Source: Candidatus Spongiisociaceae bacterium (GTDB lineage: Bacteria > Actinomycetota > Acidimicrobiia > Spongiisociales > Spongiisociaceae). From it: a stretch of DNA of 64,000 nt. Location: positions 672,001-736,000 of the forward strand of contig OZ253564.1 in NCBI GenBank assembly GCA_965262915.1. Reading direction: 5' to 3'. This document shows, piece after piece, positions 1-10,928 of this stretch. Every line of letters begins with the position of its first letter. The stretch's first letter is position 1. Made by a program: the position numbers and the translations under genes. Below the pieces are notes generated by a model that was not told where the DNA came from, searched no databases, and saw only the letters and a list, made by a program, of their open reading frames with translations.

Positions 1-69
1 ACCGTAACTCGCTGATCGGCGAGCTGACCGTGGCCAGGACCCGCTGAACCTCGGAGACACCCCCCCCAT
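1..69 (-). pseudogene. 5' end of a second copy of the class I/II aminotransferase (runs off the window edge)
   Basis: 1-90 aligns by eye with ~12035-12120 (CGCTGATCGGCGA.CTGACCGT.GCCAGGA...GAACCTCGGAGACACCCC..CCATCCGTGAACCCCCGTCC), with a small deletion. Confidence 0.7.
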
Positions 70-235
70 CCGTGAACCCCCGTCCGTTGCGAACCTTGCC
101 GGCGTCCCACGACAGCAGGAACTACATGGGCAACTCGACGGGCTGCTGCCCGGTTCCGGCCCTCACAGGGCGTGAGGTCAGGGTGTTCCGGCGCCCTTCG
201 GAGCGATCAACCGGTCGGGTCGCTTGGGCTGGAGT

Positions 236-476
236 GGAAGCGGTTGTATCCCACGAGACCGCACTGGAGGTTCACCGAATTCGAGTGACGACACCGCTGC
301 GGACACCGGTCGATGTCGCTGCTGTCGGCGTCGACGGCGACCAGCTTGACCGTGCGATCGAGGAGGCTCGCGATCTCGGTGTGCTCACGCCCCGTCAGCT
401 CCGCGAACGAGCCGAGGCAGCGGACATCAAAGCCGCGCTGCGCATCGAGCAGTCTCTCGGGAGGCTCGGCCTCTGA
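236..476 (+). pseudogene. AbiEi-like type IV antitoxin fragment, internally deleted
   Basis: AVVSHETALEVH and RVTTPLRTPVDVA motifs directly abut; no N-terminus. Confidence 0.55.
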
Positions 477-836
477 TGCGCTACCGAAGCCCGGCAGCAC
501 TGCACATGGCGCTTGGACAGTGCCTTCTCAACGAGTCCCGGGACTCCGGTTATCAGCCTTTATCGGCTTCGCCAGCCGGCGATGTATGAGCGAATCGGCT
601 GTCGATGCCCCGGTCAAGCACACCGTGGAACTGCAACGGGCTGACCACCGGGTGGTGAGGGCCCTTCGTTGCGGCCCTCGAGGCGGGAGCGATCCAGGTG
701 TCGATTGCGGACGCTGCAAGATGGACAGTTACCCGCGTCCGGAAACGCTTGAGCCGGTACCGCCAAGACGAGCGGTAGGACCGTTATAAAGGGAGGCGCG
801 CCCTCGCCGACCTCTAGCAGCCGTGCGTCGGCAGGT

Positions 837-1142
837 TCAGACGGAGAAGGTGAAACGGCCGGCAAAGTCGACCGTTAACACTCCCTTACAGATGATATCC
901 CTACCGATCAGCACGTCGAAAAAAGGGGAGCCGGATCCAAAGGCAGTCACTTGGTGGTCCGGGATACCGATGTGCTGTGAACCGAACTGCAGCAAGAGAT
1001 CTACGAGGTACTGGTTAGCGACGGCGGTACCGGTGGCCCCCACTACTTGCATCTTGCCGGTGGGCTGCAACCCCAGGAAGGACGTCACCCCCTCAGAGAT
1101 GCACGTCGCGTCGGCGCCGGTGTCTACAAGGCCCGAGAACAC
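837..1142 (-). CDS. retropepsin-like aspartyl protease (N-terminus probably frameshifted, may extend to ~1235)
   Basis: GLVDTGADATCIS catalytic motif and C-terminal DVLIGRDII. Confidence 0.8.
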   Translation of the reverse strand: MFSGLVDTGADATCISEGVTSFLGLQPTGKMQVVGATGTAVANQYLVDLLLQFGSQHIGIPDHQVTAFGSGSPFFDVLIGRDIICKGVLTVDFAGRFTFSV

Positions 1143-1234
1143 CCTTGCCTCGCCTTGAGGCTGCTGCTCTAGCGTTCCGCCCGGTAGGGACGGCTACCTG
1201 GAGCAAGATACCGACGGTTGGGTCGTACTCGCCG

Positions 1235-1489
1235 CTAAGACACGGCATGGGAGAACCATCCCAGATCTACAGGCCGGTCGGTGACCTCCTGTACCGAGTA
1301 ACAGTCCTCCGGGTAGAGATTGACTCCCGCCAGGTGAGCATCCCGCGCGGTGTCAAACGCGGCGGTGAGCGCGCCATCGTGAAGGAGCGCCCACTGGTTC
1401 GCGTGAGTTCTTATCAGACCGGGAAGCAAAGCCACGAAGGCCTCGTAGTTACGGTCCACTTCCTTCTGAGCTTCTGTCTTCGTCACCAT
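1235..1489 (-). CDS. small DUF5678-like protein upstream of the aspartyl protease
   Basis: 84 aa, NYEAF..LP.L..THANQWALLHDG; GAGGA RBS upstream. Confidence 0.6.
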   Translation of the reverse strand: MVTKTEAQKEVDRNYEAFVALLPGLIRTHANQWALLHDGALTAAFDTARDAHLAGVNLYPEDCYSVQEVTDRPVDLGWFSHAVS

Positions 1490-1784
1490 TTTCCTCTAGT
1501 ACCCCTCGGTCGGTGAGGGCCGCCACCCTACTACGGCGCCCGAGGTACGTTTCGGCCCCACCTCGGCGGTGTTCGGGTCAAGTCCATCTTCTGTCGAGCC
1601 TAACCGGCTGTAGCTCGGGCCGGGATCAGCTAGCCGGGCAGCCCCGGCCTTTTCTGCATGGTGGCGCTCCACGCCCCGCCGCCCCCCTGCGCTCCCAGGC
1701 AACCCCACCAATGCCCGCCAGCAGCCCGACCCGGAACCCGAACCGGAAGCACTTGATGTCAGCTGTCACCGGTCTTCCTTACCG

Positions 1785-2126
1785 TCATCGATCTCCTCGG
1801 CGAAGAGGAAATCCCCATGGACGGTAGACCCTGTGCCAGACGACTCGCTCAGAGCTTCGATGTCGACGCATTCCGACTGGCCTGCAGTCATCGCCAGTCT
1901 CTTGAAGGATCGATCGTCCCTTACCACCTAGCGAACTTAGCAGCGCCTCTCTGGACTGATCGGCGTCCTTAGCACCCAAGACGTGGACGACCTGCTCAAG
2001 GTAGGCCAGACGTTCCGCATTGCGAGCGTTCATCCGAGCCCCACCAGCCCAAAGATGCATGGACCGCTCACTAACACCGAACAGGCGTCTCAGCTGATCC
2101 CAGGTCAGACCTGATTGGTTCTTCAA
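1785..2126 (-). CDS. XRE-like HTH protein, probably partial
   Basis: SGLTWDQLRRLFGVSERSMHLWAGG helix-turn-helix pattern. Confidence 0.55.
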   Translation of the reverse strand: MKNQSGLTWDQLRRLFGVSERSMHLWAGGARMNARNAERLAYLEQVVHVLGAKDADQSREALLSSLGGKGRSILQETGDDCRPVGMRRHRSSERVVWHRVYRPWGFPLRRGDR

Positions 2127-2368
2127 CCGACGGACCCGTGACGCCGCAAGCGGCTTGGGATGCGGATCGCCCTTGAGGCTTCGAACAAGTGAACCATTCG
2201 AAGATGTGGATGCATCCGTCGCGACGCGAGCAGCTACGTATTCCCACGAACCATCGAAGACTGCCCACGCCAGGCGGCACCGCGGTTGAGTCAGGTCCGG
2301 GGGGTCGGTGTACGGGTCGCGCGGAACGCATCGGACCGTCGCCGCCGACCACTGCGGGGATGGGCCCG

Positions 2369-2800
2369 CTACGACCTTCGTCGTTGACGCCGCCGCCTAT
2401 GCCCCTTGCGGTGCGGTCTGGACCCGTTGTTCACGAACGCGCCGACCAAGAGCAGGAGTACGGCGATCAGGAGGACTCCCAGCATTATGGGTATCGCCGC
2501 CAACGCCGAGATGACGAGCCCGGCGACGGCCCACTCCCGTCCCTCCTTCGCGCCCCGGGCGCCGTGGAGCCCCGCCCAGGACAGCGACGCCCCCACCAGG
2601 ATCAGGATCACGCACCACGTCACCGGCTGCCCTGACGCCAGGAACCTCACCAGGTTCGACCAGGTCCACCCGTGGCTGAACCACCAGGCGGTCTGCAGCG
2701 CCGCGGCGGCTAGGGCGACGACGAAGCCCGCTACGGGTAGGGTGCCCGACCAACCGGGATGCGGTCGGTAGACCTCTAGATATTCTCGTGTAGCCATCAC
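2369..2800 (-). CDS. small integral membrane protein, copy A
   Basis: 3 hydrophobic segments; near-identical to 20434-20862. Confidence 0.75.
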   Translation of the reverse strand: MMATREYLEVYRPHPGWSGTLPVAGFVVALAAAALQTAWWFSHGWTWSNLVRFLASGQPVTWCVILILVGASLSWAGLHGARGAKEGREWAVAGLVISALAAIPIMLGVLLIAVLLLLVGAFVNNGSRPHRKGHRRRRQRRRS

Positions 2801-2952
2801 ACACCTCTCCTGCGGGTGCGGTATCCATATCTGTGTGATTCCAACTGTATGGGGTGGGTGTGACAGATCGCCGCGGCAAGGTCTGCCGATCCTCCCGATA
2901 TGCTCCCCCCGGTACTAGCGGATGGCCCCGAGCAACGGGCCGGGCGCCACGG

Positions 2953-3272
2953 CTACGGGTGGAGACGGACTGGACGGGGAGGGGGCCCGTTCCAGCCTCG
3001 CGCCACCAGCTCGGAGAGCTTGAGGCCCGCGTCGGAGGCCGATGCGGGCAGCCGCCGAGCAGTGGTCACTCCGGTCACTTCGCGGCGCAGAACCAAACCA
3101 CAGTCAGCCCCGAGGTAGTCGATCAACTCCGGATGATGCGAGCAGATCACCGCCTGTGAAGGTGTCTCCTCGCAGAGGTCGACCAACTCCATCAGCCATG
3201 GCCGGAGTTCGGCAAGAGCCACGTAATTGTCGGCCTCGTCGAGAAACTACAGGATTCCGTTTCCGTTCTGTC
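2953..3272 (-). pseudogene. C-terminal part of an AAA_21/OLD-like ATPase
   Basis: FLDEADNYVAL (Walker B) and ICSHHPELIDY; joins 7610 across a CTAG duplication. Confidence 0.7.
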
Positions 3273-3276
3273 CTAG

Positions 3277-3959
3277 GGCCTATTGACACTGCGTAGGGCT
3301 TCGGTTATCAGCACGAAGGTGATGAACCCGATGTAGATCACGTTGAGTTTGTCGTAGCGGGAGAAGATACGGCGGTATCGGTTCAGCCAGCGGAACAGTC
3401 GCTCTACCTGGTTGCGTCTCTTGTACATCTGTCGGTTGTAGTCCCACGGTGTTTTGCGGTTGCTCTTGGGAGGAACCACCGGGGTGTAGCCGAGTTCGAG
3501 CGCGAGTCGTCGTGTCTCGTCGCCTTCATAGGCACGGTCCATCACCAAGAACCGCTCGTCGGGTTGGGGACCCCCTTTTTTGTGGGGTGCCGGTACCGTC
3601 GGGATGGACCTTGACGATTGTGGAGTCGATCCCGACGGCTTCGGTGTTGAGGTTTATGGTCCCTTCTTGGGCTAACCCCTTCAGTATCCGGTCTAGGACT
3701 CCGTTTCGGGTCCAGCGGTTCATCCGCTTATAGATGGTGTACCACTTACCGAACCGCGGTGGGCGTCCCCGCCATTTTGCAGCCGTGTTCCGCCACATAG
3801 AGGAACGCGTTGAGCATGTCAAGGTTTGATATCTTGACGTTGCCGCGCTGTGTCGGGAATAGATGAACGATACGGTCGTATTGTTCTTGCGTAACCGTCA
3901 TACATAGATTATATCGAAATCTACCAAAAAACGCGAGCGTCGGATAGCGTCAACAGGCC
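3277..3959 (-). mobile_element. IS5-family (IS427-like) element, internally deleted
   Basis: IRs GGCCTATTGAC...GTCAACAGGCC; CTAG on both sides; orfA/orfB with A6G5 slippery site; DSTIVKVH, MDRAYE and YKRRNQVER motifs. Confidence 0.85.
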
Positions 3960-3963
3960 CTAG

Positions 3964-4123
3964 ATCAACGTCGCCCAAGCCTACCAGCATCTCGCACATG
4001 CGCGCAGGGGTCAGCTTCCACAGGGATCCTCCCGACTCGGATGTCGTTGCTTTAAACCTGAGTATCGAGGACCCCTGTTCACTCCTGGTGGATTACGACC
4101 CCCTGACACATCCCCCTACTCCC
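3964..4123 (-). mobile_element. 5' fragment of an ISL3 transposase
   Basis: Similar to 38657-38815; continuous with the sequence ending at 7609. Confidence 0.7.
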
Positions 4124-4192
4124 GATCCACTCACCAAGGGACTGTTACGGTGACTGCACCATCACACGCCTCGCGCCTTTGCTGGGAGCCCC

Positions 4193-5023
4193 ATGGCCAT
4201 TCTGTTAGCTGCCCTGACTTCTGTCTTCTACGGGGTGTTTGACTTCGCCGGTGGGATGGCCACCCGTCGTGCCTCTGTGTTTGCCGTTGTTTTTTGGTCC
4301 AATGTCATGGGTCTGGCACTTTCGGGTTTTATTGCGTTCGTTTACCATCAGGTGTTCGGGGCCACCGTCACTCTCTCCGACCTGGCCTGGGGAGCATTGA
4401 GCGGCGTAGCCGCGGTCGCCGGGGTGGTCGCCTACTACGAGGGGTTGGCAAAGGGCCAGATGGCGGTGGTTGCTCCGGTATCGGCCGTCACCCTGGCATT
4501 GGTCCCTCTCCTGTTTGGGTTCCTGACCGGAGAACGCTACGACTTGTTGGCGTGGATAGGGGTTGTGATTGCCGCCCCTGCCCTGTGGCTGACCGTTGCG
4601 ACTCCGACCCGTGAAGACCGTCCGGGGAAGGCGATTTACGGTCTCGCAGCCGGTTTGGGCTTCTCGTTGATGTTCATCGGCCTCGCGCAAGTCTCAAGCG
4701 ACGCCGGAATGTGGACGTTGATTCCCTTCAAGTGCGCCAGCGTCGCCGTAGCAGGTGTCCTGATCAAAGTGCGGGGAATTCCGCTCGGCCTGCCAAGGAA
4801 GAATCTCCTTTTGGCGTTCGCTGCCGGGGGTTCAGTGTTGGCCAACCTCACCTACCTGCTGGCGGTGCGATTCGGGCCACTGGGACTTGTGGCGGTTGCG
4901 TCGTCCCTCTACCCGGCTGTGGTAGTCGTTATGGCCTTCTTGGTCTATAAAGAAAAAGCTCCTCCCCAACGCATCGCAGGCCTCGTGCTATCCCTAGTAG
5001 CCCTGTCCCTGATCGCCCTTTGA
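4193..5023 (+). CDS. EamA/DMT family transporter
   Basis: 276 aa, ~10 TM helices, GQMAVVAPVSA and VAVASSLYPAVVV. Confidence 0.9.
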   Translation: MAILLAALTSVFYGVFDFAGGMATRRASVFAVVFWSNVMGLALSGFIAFVYHQVFGATVTLSDLAWGALSGVAAVAGVVAYYEGLAKGQMAVVAPVSAVTLALVPLLFGFLTGERYDLLAWIGVVIAAPALWLTVATPTREDRPGKAIYGLAAGLGFSLMFIGLAQVSSDAGMWTLIPFKCASVAVAGVLIKVRGIPLGLPRKNLLLAFAAGGSVLANLTYLLAVRFGPLGLVAVASSLYPAVVVVMAFLVYKEKAPPQRIAGLVLSLVALSLIAL

Positions 5024-5108
5024 GCTAGTTGGACTGTCGGGGCGGGATTCGAGTTCCACCTTGTCGAGCGTGTCCCTCAACTGGTGGTGGGCTATCACGC
5101 GGTAATGG

Positions 5109-5241
5109 GGCTCATCGCGTTTTAGTGGGGTGTGACGGTGGCGAGTGGGTCCCAGTTGGGTTTCCCCGCGTACAGGAGTGCCCGGATTAGGTAGTTCGCG
5201 AAGTTGCGGAACCCGAAGGCTGCTCGTTTGATGCGTTTGAT
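5109..5241 (-). mobile_element. ISL3 3'-end remnant
   Basis: GGCTCATCG IR; encodes IKRIKRAAFGFRNFANY. Confidence 0.7.
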
Positions 5242-5265
5242 GGCTCATCGATGCTCCTATGGTTG

Positions 5266-6495
5266 TCAAATCGATGATGGGGCGGTTTGGTGGGTGTGCA
5301 GCCAGTTCTGGTATCGGGTGGCGAGGTGGTGGTTGTGGTCTCGGCCGTGTTCGAGTGCTGAGATGCGATTGGGGTGGGTTCCGACGGCTTGGGCGGTCTG
5401 GGTGAGGGTGATGCCGCGTTGTTGGCGTCGGGTGCGTAGGCGGGCGCAGTTCGGGGTTGGGTGCGGGTTGGTGAGGAGCCGGTAGATTTCTCGGGCGATG
5501 TGCCGCTTGAGGCAGCGGATGATCTCCTTTTTCTTCTTGCCCTCGGCCTTGCGTCGTGCCACGTAGGCTTTGGTGGCGGCGTCGGTGCGCATCCGGGTGG
5601 TAGCGATCCGCCATAGCGCGTTGTTGGCTTGGCGGTTGCCGCCCCGGTTGAGACGATGCCGAAGGGTTCGTCCTGATGACGCCTGGACGGGGCTGGCGCC
5701 GCACAGCGCCGCGAAAGACCGTTCCGATTTCATTCGCTTGGGGTTGTCGCCGGCGGCGACCAACAACGCGGCGGCTGTGTCAGGACCGACACCTTCTGTG
5801 GCCAGCAGGGCCGGGTTGGCCTGGGCGCAGAGACGCCGGATCTCGGCTTCGAGTTGGGCGATCTCTACGTCGAGGGCCTGATACCGGCGGGCCAAATGCT
5901 GTAGGGCACGCTTCGCATACGCGGTGGTGGTGTGGTCTGTGCCGGGTCGGAACCGGGCACAGGTTTTGACCCGTGCTTTGAGATTCATGCCCTTTAGCTG
6001 GTGTTTTAGCGGCTCGGGAGCTGTTACGACCAGCGCATGTATCTGGTTAGCGGCCTGGGTGCGGGCCTTGACCGCGGAGCGGCGCACCACCCACAGCATC
6101 CGTATGCACTCGACCGGGCCCACACCGGACTTGGGAACCGCGGTTGCTTCGCCCGAGGCAGCTGCCCGAGCTGCCGCCTCGGCGTCGACGCTGTCGGTCT
6201 TGCCGCCCTTCTGGCGGCGTAGTTGGCGGTTGGGGCGGTTGACCTCCACCACCTCGATGTTCATCTCGGTCAGGTAACGGGCCAGGCCGGCGCCGTAACT
6301 ACCCGTTCCTTCCACCCCAACCCGAACCAACTGTCCCCGCGACTCGAACCAGGTGACCATTCGCCGATAACCGGATTCCTCCACCGCGAAAGACTCCGAT
6401 CCCAGTACCCGCCCGACGCCATCCACCACCGCTGCTACGTGGACGTCCCGATGGGTGTCAACCCCACCGTAGATAATCTGGTCTGCTTCTCCCAT
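5266..6495 (-). CDS. IS110 DEDD recombinase with C-terminal XRE HTH
   Basis: GVDTH, VEGTGSYG, KTDSVDA, SSG, GGNRQAN; tail RQQRGITLTQTAQAVGTHPNRISALEHG. Confidence 0.92.
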   Translation of the reverse strand: MGEADQIIYGGVDTHRDVHVAAVVDGVGRVLGSESFAVEESGYRRMVTWFESRGQLVRVGVEGTGSYGAGLARYLTEMNIEVVEVNRPNRQLRRQKGGKTDSVDAEAAARAAASGEATAVPKSGVGPVECIRMLWVVRRSAVKARTQAANQIHALVVTAPEPLKHQLKGMNLKARVKTCARFRPGTDHTTTAYAKRALQHLARRYQALDVEIAQLEAEIRRLCAQANPALLATEGVGPDTAAALLVAAGDNPKRMKSERSFAALCGASPVQASSGRTLRHRLNRGGNRQANNALWRIATTRMRTDAATKAYVARRKAEGKKKKEIIRCLKRHIAREIYRLLTNPHPTPNCARLRTRRQQRGITLTQTAQAVGTHPNRISALEHGRDHNHHLATRYQNWLHTHQTAPSSI

Positions 6496-6539
6496 GATGC
6501 TCTTCTCCTCTAGGGGATAGAATCATTTCCGATCCCCGG

Positions 6540-6725
6540 ACCCGTGTGCGGTTGGACAGGCCACTCACGGTGGAGAAGTTGAAGGCTCCTATTAGGTCAC
6601 ATCCGCCCCGGGTCAGGGGGTTACGCCCCAGGCCGGGAACGGGCCGACAGATCGATGAAAAGGCACAAGGCCAGATTTCAGTTGGGTCAGACCCGTCCCA
6701 GCCCAGGAACCCTCCAATTATGAGT
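6540..6725 (-). ncRNA. putative IS110 bridge RNA
   Basis: Scaffold shared with 43140-43372; four guide segments match the donor ends and target flanks. Confidence 0.75.
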
Positions 6726-7609
6726 GGATTTCAGTGGGGAGTGACCGATGCGAGGAGGTCCCAGTTGGGTTTCCCCGCATATAGGAGTGCCCGGATTAGG
6801 TAGTTCGCGAAGTTGCGGAACCCGAACGCGATGCGTTTGATCCGCTTTATGAGGTTGTTGAGGGCTTCGGTGGGTCCGTTGGTTACCTTCGAGATGTGCC
6901 AGATGGTGATCTGGGGGGTCCAGCGGCCGATGGTGCGGCCCAGCTTGTTGATCTCGGGTGGGCATGATTCGTCCTGGAGGTCGTCTGCAAGCTGGAGGGT
7001 GTATCGGATAGCCAGGGCGGGGCTGTCGATCTCGTAGATGCCTCGGACGGTTTCCTTGGCGTGCCAGGCGGTGCGGACTTCTCCGTGGGGGTCACCGGCT
7101 TCGAGGAGACCACGCAGGCGGGTCTGACCGCGGTGGCTGATCCGTTCGTGGGCGGTGGTCAGTAGCCGCCGTATGCGATAAAGGGGGTCTGGTTTCCGGC
7201 CTCTGTGTCCGAGGGTTTCGTTCTGGACCCTTGCGTACTTCGTCGAGTCGCTGGTTAGCTAGGCGGATGACGTGGAACGGGTCTGCTACCTGCAGAGCGT
7301 TCGGCAGCACCCGGTCATAGGCCCGTTCGATACGGGCCCGACATGTCCAACACAGCCCGGCGGATCCCGTCGCGCCACTCCACCGGTTGTGATCGGAACC
7401 ACCCGGCGGCGCTCTCGGCACGTCCAGCGGCGCTTCCGCTAACAGAGACGAACCGGCCGGCCGAACGCAGGCAAATCCACCAACACCACGCTCCGATATC
7501 CCTTGGACCACACCCCTCCGCCACAGGCCTCACAGACCGGACGGGCCTTACGGGAGCGGATCACCACCTCCAACGGACCCTCACTGCCCGCGTTGATGAT
7601 CCCGACTAG

Positions 7610-8449
7610 TTGGAGCAGCGCGTACAGTACGACCAGGGTCTGCTGCCCGTCCTAGAGACGCAACCTGCAGTGCCCCCCGTTCCGAGAGCGTCCGCCACCG
7701 TGGGCGACGAAGTCGAGCAACATTGCCCGCGTGTCCAGCCCGGCCTGCCGGAGGTGGACATCGTGGAAGCCGTCGACAGAAGGCCGTAGAGCCTCGACAT
7801 GGGCCCGGGCCAACCGGGGGTTCTCCTGGACGGCGTGGCGATACCAGTCCACGAAGTTGCCCGCGTATCGATCGACGAGCCTGGCTTCCCCGGTCGACTC
7901 GGCGCGCAGTCCCGCCGGACGGATGGTGCAGACCACCGTGTCCCGGATCGTATCCATGAACGCCGTGAGGCGGGTGTTACCCGGTTGCGGCACGACGCGG
8001 GCCAGAGCGGACTCGCTCCGGTCAGCCTTGTAGACCGGCCCTTCGGAGCCGTCGTCACGGAAGAGCCTCACCTCGCCGAGATCGAATCGGAACAACGTAG
8101 TCCCAATTCCGACGAGGCTCTCCTCGATGATGCGGGAACGCTTACCGCCCTCATCGTGCTCGATGTCGAGCCGGTAGATGAAGGACTCGCCGCCGATCCC
8201 GGCCTGAACCTCGAACACCTGGTTACGTCTCGCCTGCCAACGTGTGAGGGTGGACGGATGGAAGGCGACCCGATCGTCGATCTTGATCTCGCCCGCCAGC
8301 AACTTGCGGAGCGCGAAAATCACATCGGGGACGGACGTCTTGCCCACACCGTTTCCGCCGAGAAGCAGGACGGTGTTCTGCAACCTCAGATCGAACTCGA
8401 CCAGGCACTTGTAGTTGTGGATGTAGATCCGCTCGAACACGGGTGCCAT
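7610..8449 (-). pseudogene. N-terminal part of an AAA_21/OLD-like ATPase
   Basis: RIYIHNYKCL and GGNGVGKTS Walker A; in-frame stop; split by an insertion. Confidence 0.8.
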
Positions 8450-8571
8450 GGTACCCGCCACCCCGAGTACCACTCCGGAGAGCCGGGGATCGAAGGGCCG
8501 GACGGACGGCCGGAACGGCGCTCACCGGCTTCGGGTTGTCGGCCCGGCGCCGTCCGCTCACCCGGACGGTT

Positions 8572-8684
8572 CGTCGGACCATCCCTCCTGGTTGCGGATC
8601 ATCTCCCGGAGATAGGCGGGCACCCGTTTGGGGCGCATGGTCTCGTGGTCGACGATGACCTGCACCTGGCGTCCCTCCACCAGC
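8572..8684 (-). pseudogene. 3' fragment of acyl-CoA thioesterase, copy A
   Basis: Near-identical to 47323-47429. Confidence 0.8.
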
Positions 8685-9327
8685 GTCTCGCTTGTTCTGC
8701 GGTTGCTAGGTCGCTTGCGTTGGGTGGTTCGGAGAGTTGCGCAAGGGTTTCTTCGGTGCTTGAGAGTTGGCCGAGGGCGGTTGCGACGGCCTGTTCCGCG
8801 CTTGCCAGGTCACTCGCGCTCGGTGGTTCCGAGAGCCGCGCCAACGCCTGCTCGGCACTCGTCACCTGCGACTCCGCGGACTCGATCGACTGTCTCGCGG
8901 AGGCGACCTCGGATGCCGCGGCGGTGGCCAGAAGCGCGTCGAGCCGCAGTTGGGCGAGGCGAAGCTGCACCTCAGCCGTCTCGATCCGCCGCTGCGCGTC
9001 CGAGTCATCCAGCGCCGCCAGCGTGTCGCCGGCCTTCACGGCTTCGCCGGTCTCGACGGCGACCGAGACGACGGTGCCCTCAGCCTCGAAGTTGAGGTCG
9101 GCGCTGCGCTCGGCTACCGCCGAGCCGGACAGGTCCACCGTGGTGCTCAGTTGACCGGTCGTGGCCTCGACTCGTTCCGGCTCGGCCACGACGACGGACT
9201 CGTCCGGCTGGAGGAACAGGAAGACGCCGATCCCTGCCCCGACAACCAATACGGCGACAATCGGGAGCAGCCAACCCCTCCTAGAGCGCCGCCCTCGAAT
9301 CAAGGCATCGATGTCTACATCACTCAT
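8685..9327 (-). pseudogene. truncated efflux periplasmic adaptor (HlyD/MacA-like)
   Basis: TM anchor; LSTTVDLSGS and GEAVKAGDTLAALD lipoyl half; coiled coil; fused to the thioesterase fragment. Confidence 0.75.
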
Positions 9328-9997
9328 GTCGACCTCTCATTCTCCGGAGGGTCAGGCGAGCGACGCTCACCTGGAAAGGGAGGGGCACAGGAGCATTCAT
9401 GAGCTCCCACACTGGTGTAGGTCGGGTGTGTGGCACAGCCGGTGGCTGTGGCCGGGTCGCCTGCCATCGTTGTTTCGGTCTCATATCAAACTCTCCCCTC
9501 CTGCCTGATCCCGCCTGACAGAGACGGATCCGCTTCCACTCCTATGCCTTTCGGCGCCGCGCCGCTGTACGGGATCAGTGAGGCTTCTCTTCGATGGCGG
9601 AGGCAAGGGCGTCCGGTTGCTCATGGGTGACCGTCCGTCTTCCACAAAGTCTTCGAGGACCTCCTCGAAGACCCCATCCTGCCGCACGATCCCTCTCGTC
9701 CGGTCGCCTGCCGTCCGGTATCGGCCCCGGCGGCGGCGCCGGAATGGCAGAACCGTTGACACAGCTACCCGGATGATGATCCGGCACGGAACTTCTGCGT
9801 TCATGTGTGGTCATGTAGCGATCATCTTGCAGCTCGAACCTGTGAATTCCCTGAGAAGAACCTGAGAACTTACCGAGGATTGCGAGACCGGCCCCCCGGG
9901 GCCTTCGTCAGTGGCCCCCCGGGGAAACAGCAGCCCAGGCCGACCGTCGGAGGAGGTGACAGTGATGGGACCGTTCTCCGCCGCGCACACGCATCCT

Positions 9998-10920
9998 TCA
10001 CGAGAGCGCTGTTCGTAGATCCGCGAGGAAGGAGGCTCTGGGCACCTCCCGGACCACCCCGGCGTTGGGAGGCCGTCCGCCGGAGCCTCCCCAGTCGGTG
10101 CTCTGCACGCCCCGGGCTGGTCCGGCGCCCCGGGTCAGCACCTCGACAAATGCGGGCGATGTCGAGGCTATCGAGGGGTTCAGCGCCACCGCCATGGCGA
10201 TCGGGTCGGGCAGGTCGAGGCCGGCCAGACCGGTATTGCGGGCGTAGGCATCCACTACTGCCTGGCAGTCCACCGCCACCTCCGCGTACGGGGTGCCGAT
10301 GGACCGCAGGTCGGCCGCCTCCTCAGGGGAGAACGTGGCCGACGCGACCGAGATGTCCCACCCGACGATGGTCTTGGGCATCGGCGCCCGCACCACGATG
10401 GCGGCCGCTTCGGGATCCGCCCAGAAGTTGTCTCGGCCAGCGGGGTCACGTTGCCGTGTCCCGCCCCGGTACCGCCCATGATGTAGCAATGGCCGACCGC
10501 CCCGGCCAGCTCCGGCGCCCGGGTGAGAGCCAAGGCCACGTTGGTGAGCGGTCCTAGCGTCACCAGGTCGATCTCTCCGGGCCGGGCCAGGAAGGTGTCG
10601 ATGAGCACGTCCACCGCGTGCCCGCCGGCCGGGGTGCGGCCCCGGACCGGCAGCCCGATGTCGCCCATCCCGTCGTGGCCGTGGACGTCCTGGGCGGTGG
10701 TCAGGTCCTGGACCAGCGGCCCGGCTTCTCCGGCGTGGACCGGCACCGCTTTCCCGGACAGCTCAACGACGTAGAGAGCGTTCTGGACGGCCTGGTCGAT
10801 GCCCACGTTGCCTGCGACCACCGTGATGGCGGCCACCTCGATGTCGGGGTGGCGCAGCGCCATCATCAGGGCCACGGCGTCGTCGGAGGCGGTGTCGGTG
10901 TCGATGACGAGGCTGTGCAT
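9998..10920 (-). pseudogene. IU-family nucleoside hydrolase, frameshift near 10440
   Basis: IDTDTASDD, VHGHDGMGD, TLGPLTN; continues as NFWADPEAA...LPDPIA in another frame. Confidence 0.85.
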
Positions 10921-10928
10921 CGGATGGT

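Larger units (their letters stand above)
5251..6725 (-). mobile_element. IS110-family element, HTH-tailed type, copy 1
   Basis: Ends ATGCTCCTAT...TTATGAGT shared with 41844-43372; single G duplicated. Confidence 0.9.
5242..7609 (-). mobile_element. degenerate ISL3 (3' part) with an IS110 inserted in its terminal IR
   Basis: ADPFHVIRLAN motif; IR GGCTCATCG|GATTTCAG is split by IS110 (compare intact GGCTCTTCGGATTTCA at 37398). Confidence 0.8.

Noticed and set aside
110-230. SRP RNA or SAM-IV riboswitch
   Set aside because: Only a superficial GGCAGCAG similarity; the core motifs are missing.
9889-9930. Hammerhead ribozyme (CTGACGA followed by a GGCC stem on the minus strand)
   Set aside because: The required GAAA after stem II is absent.
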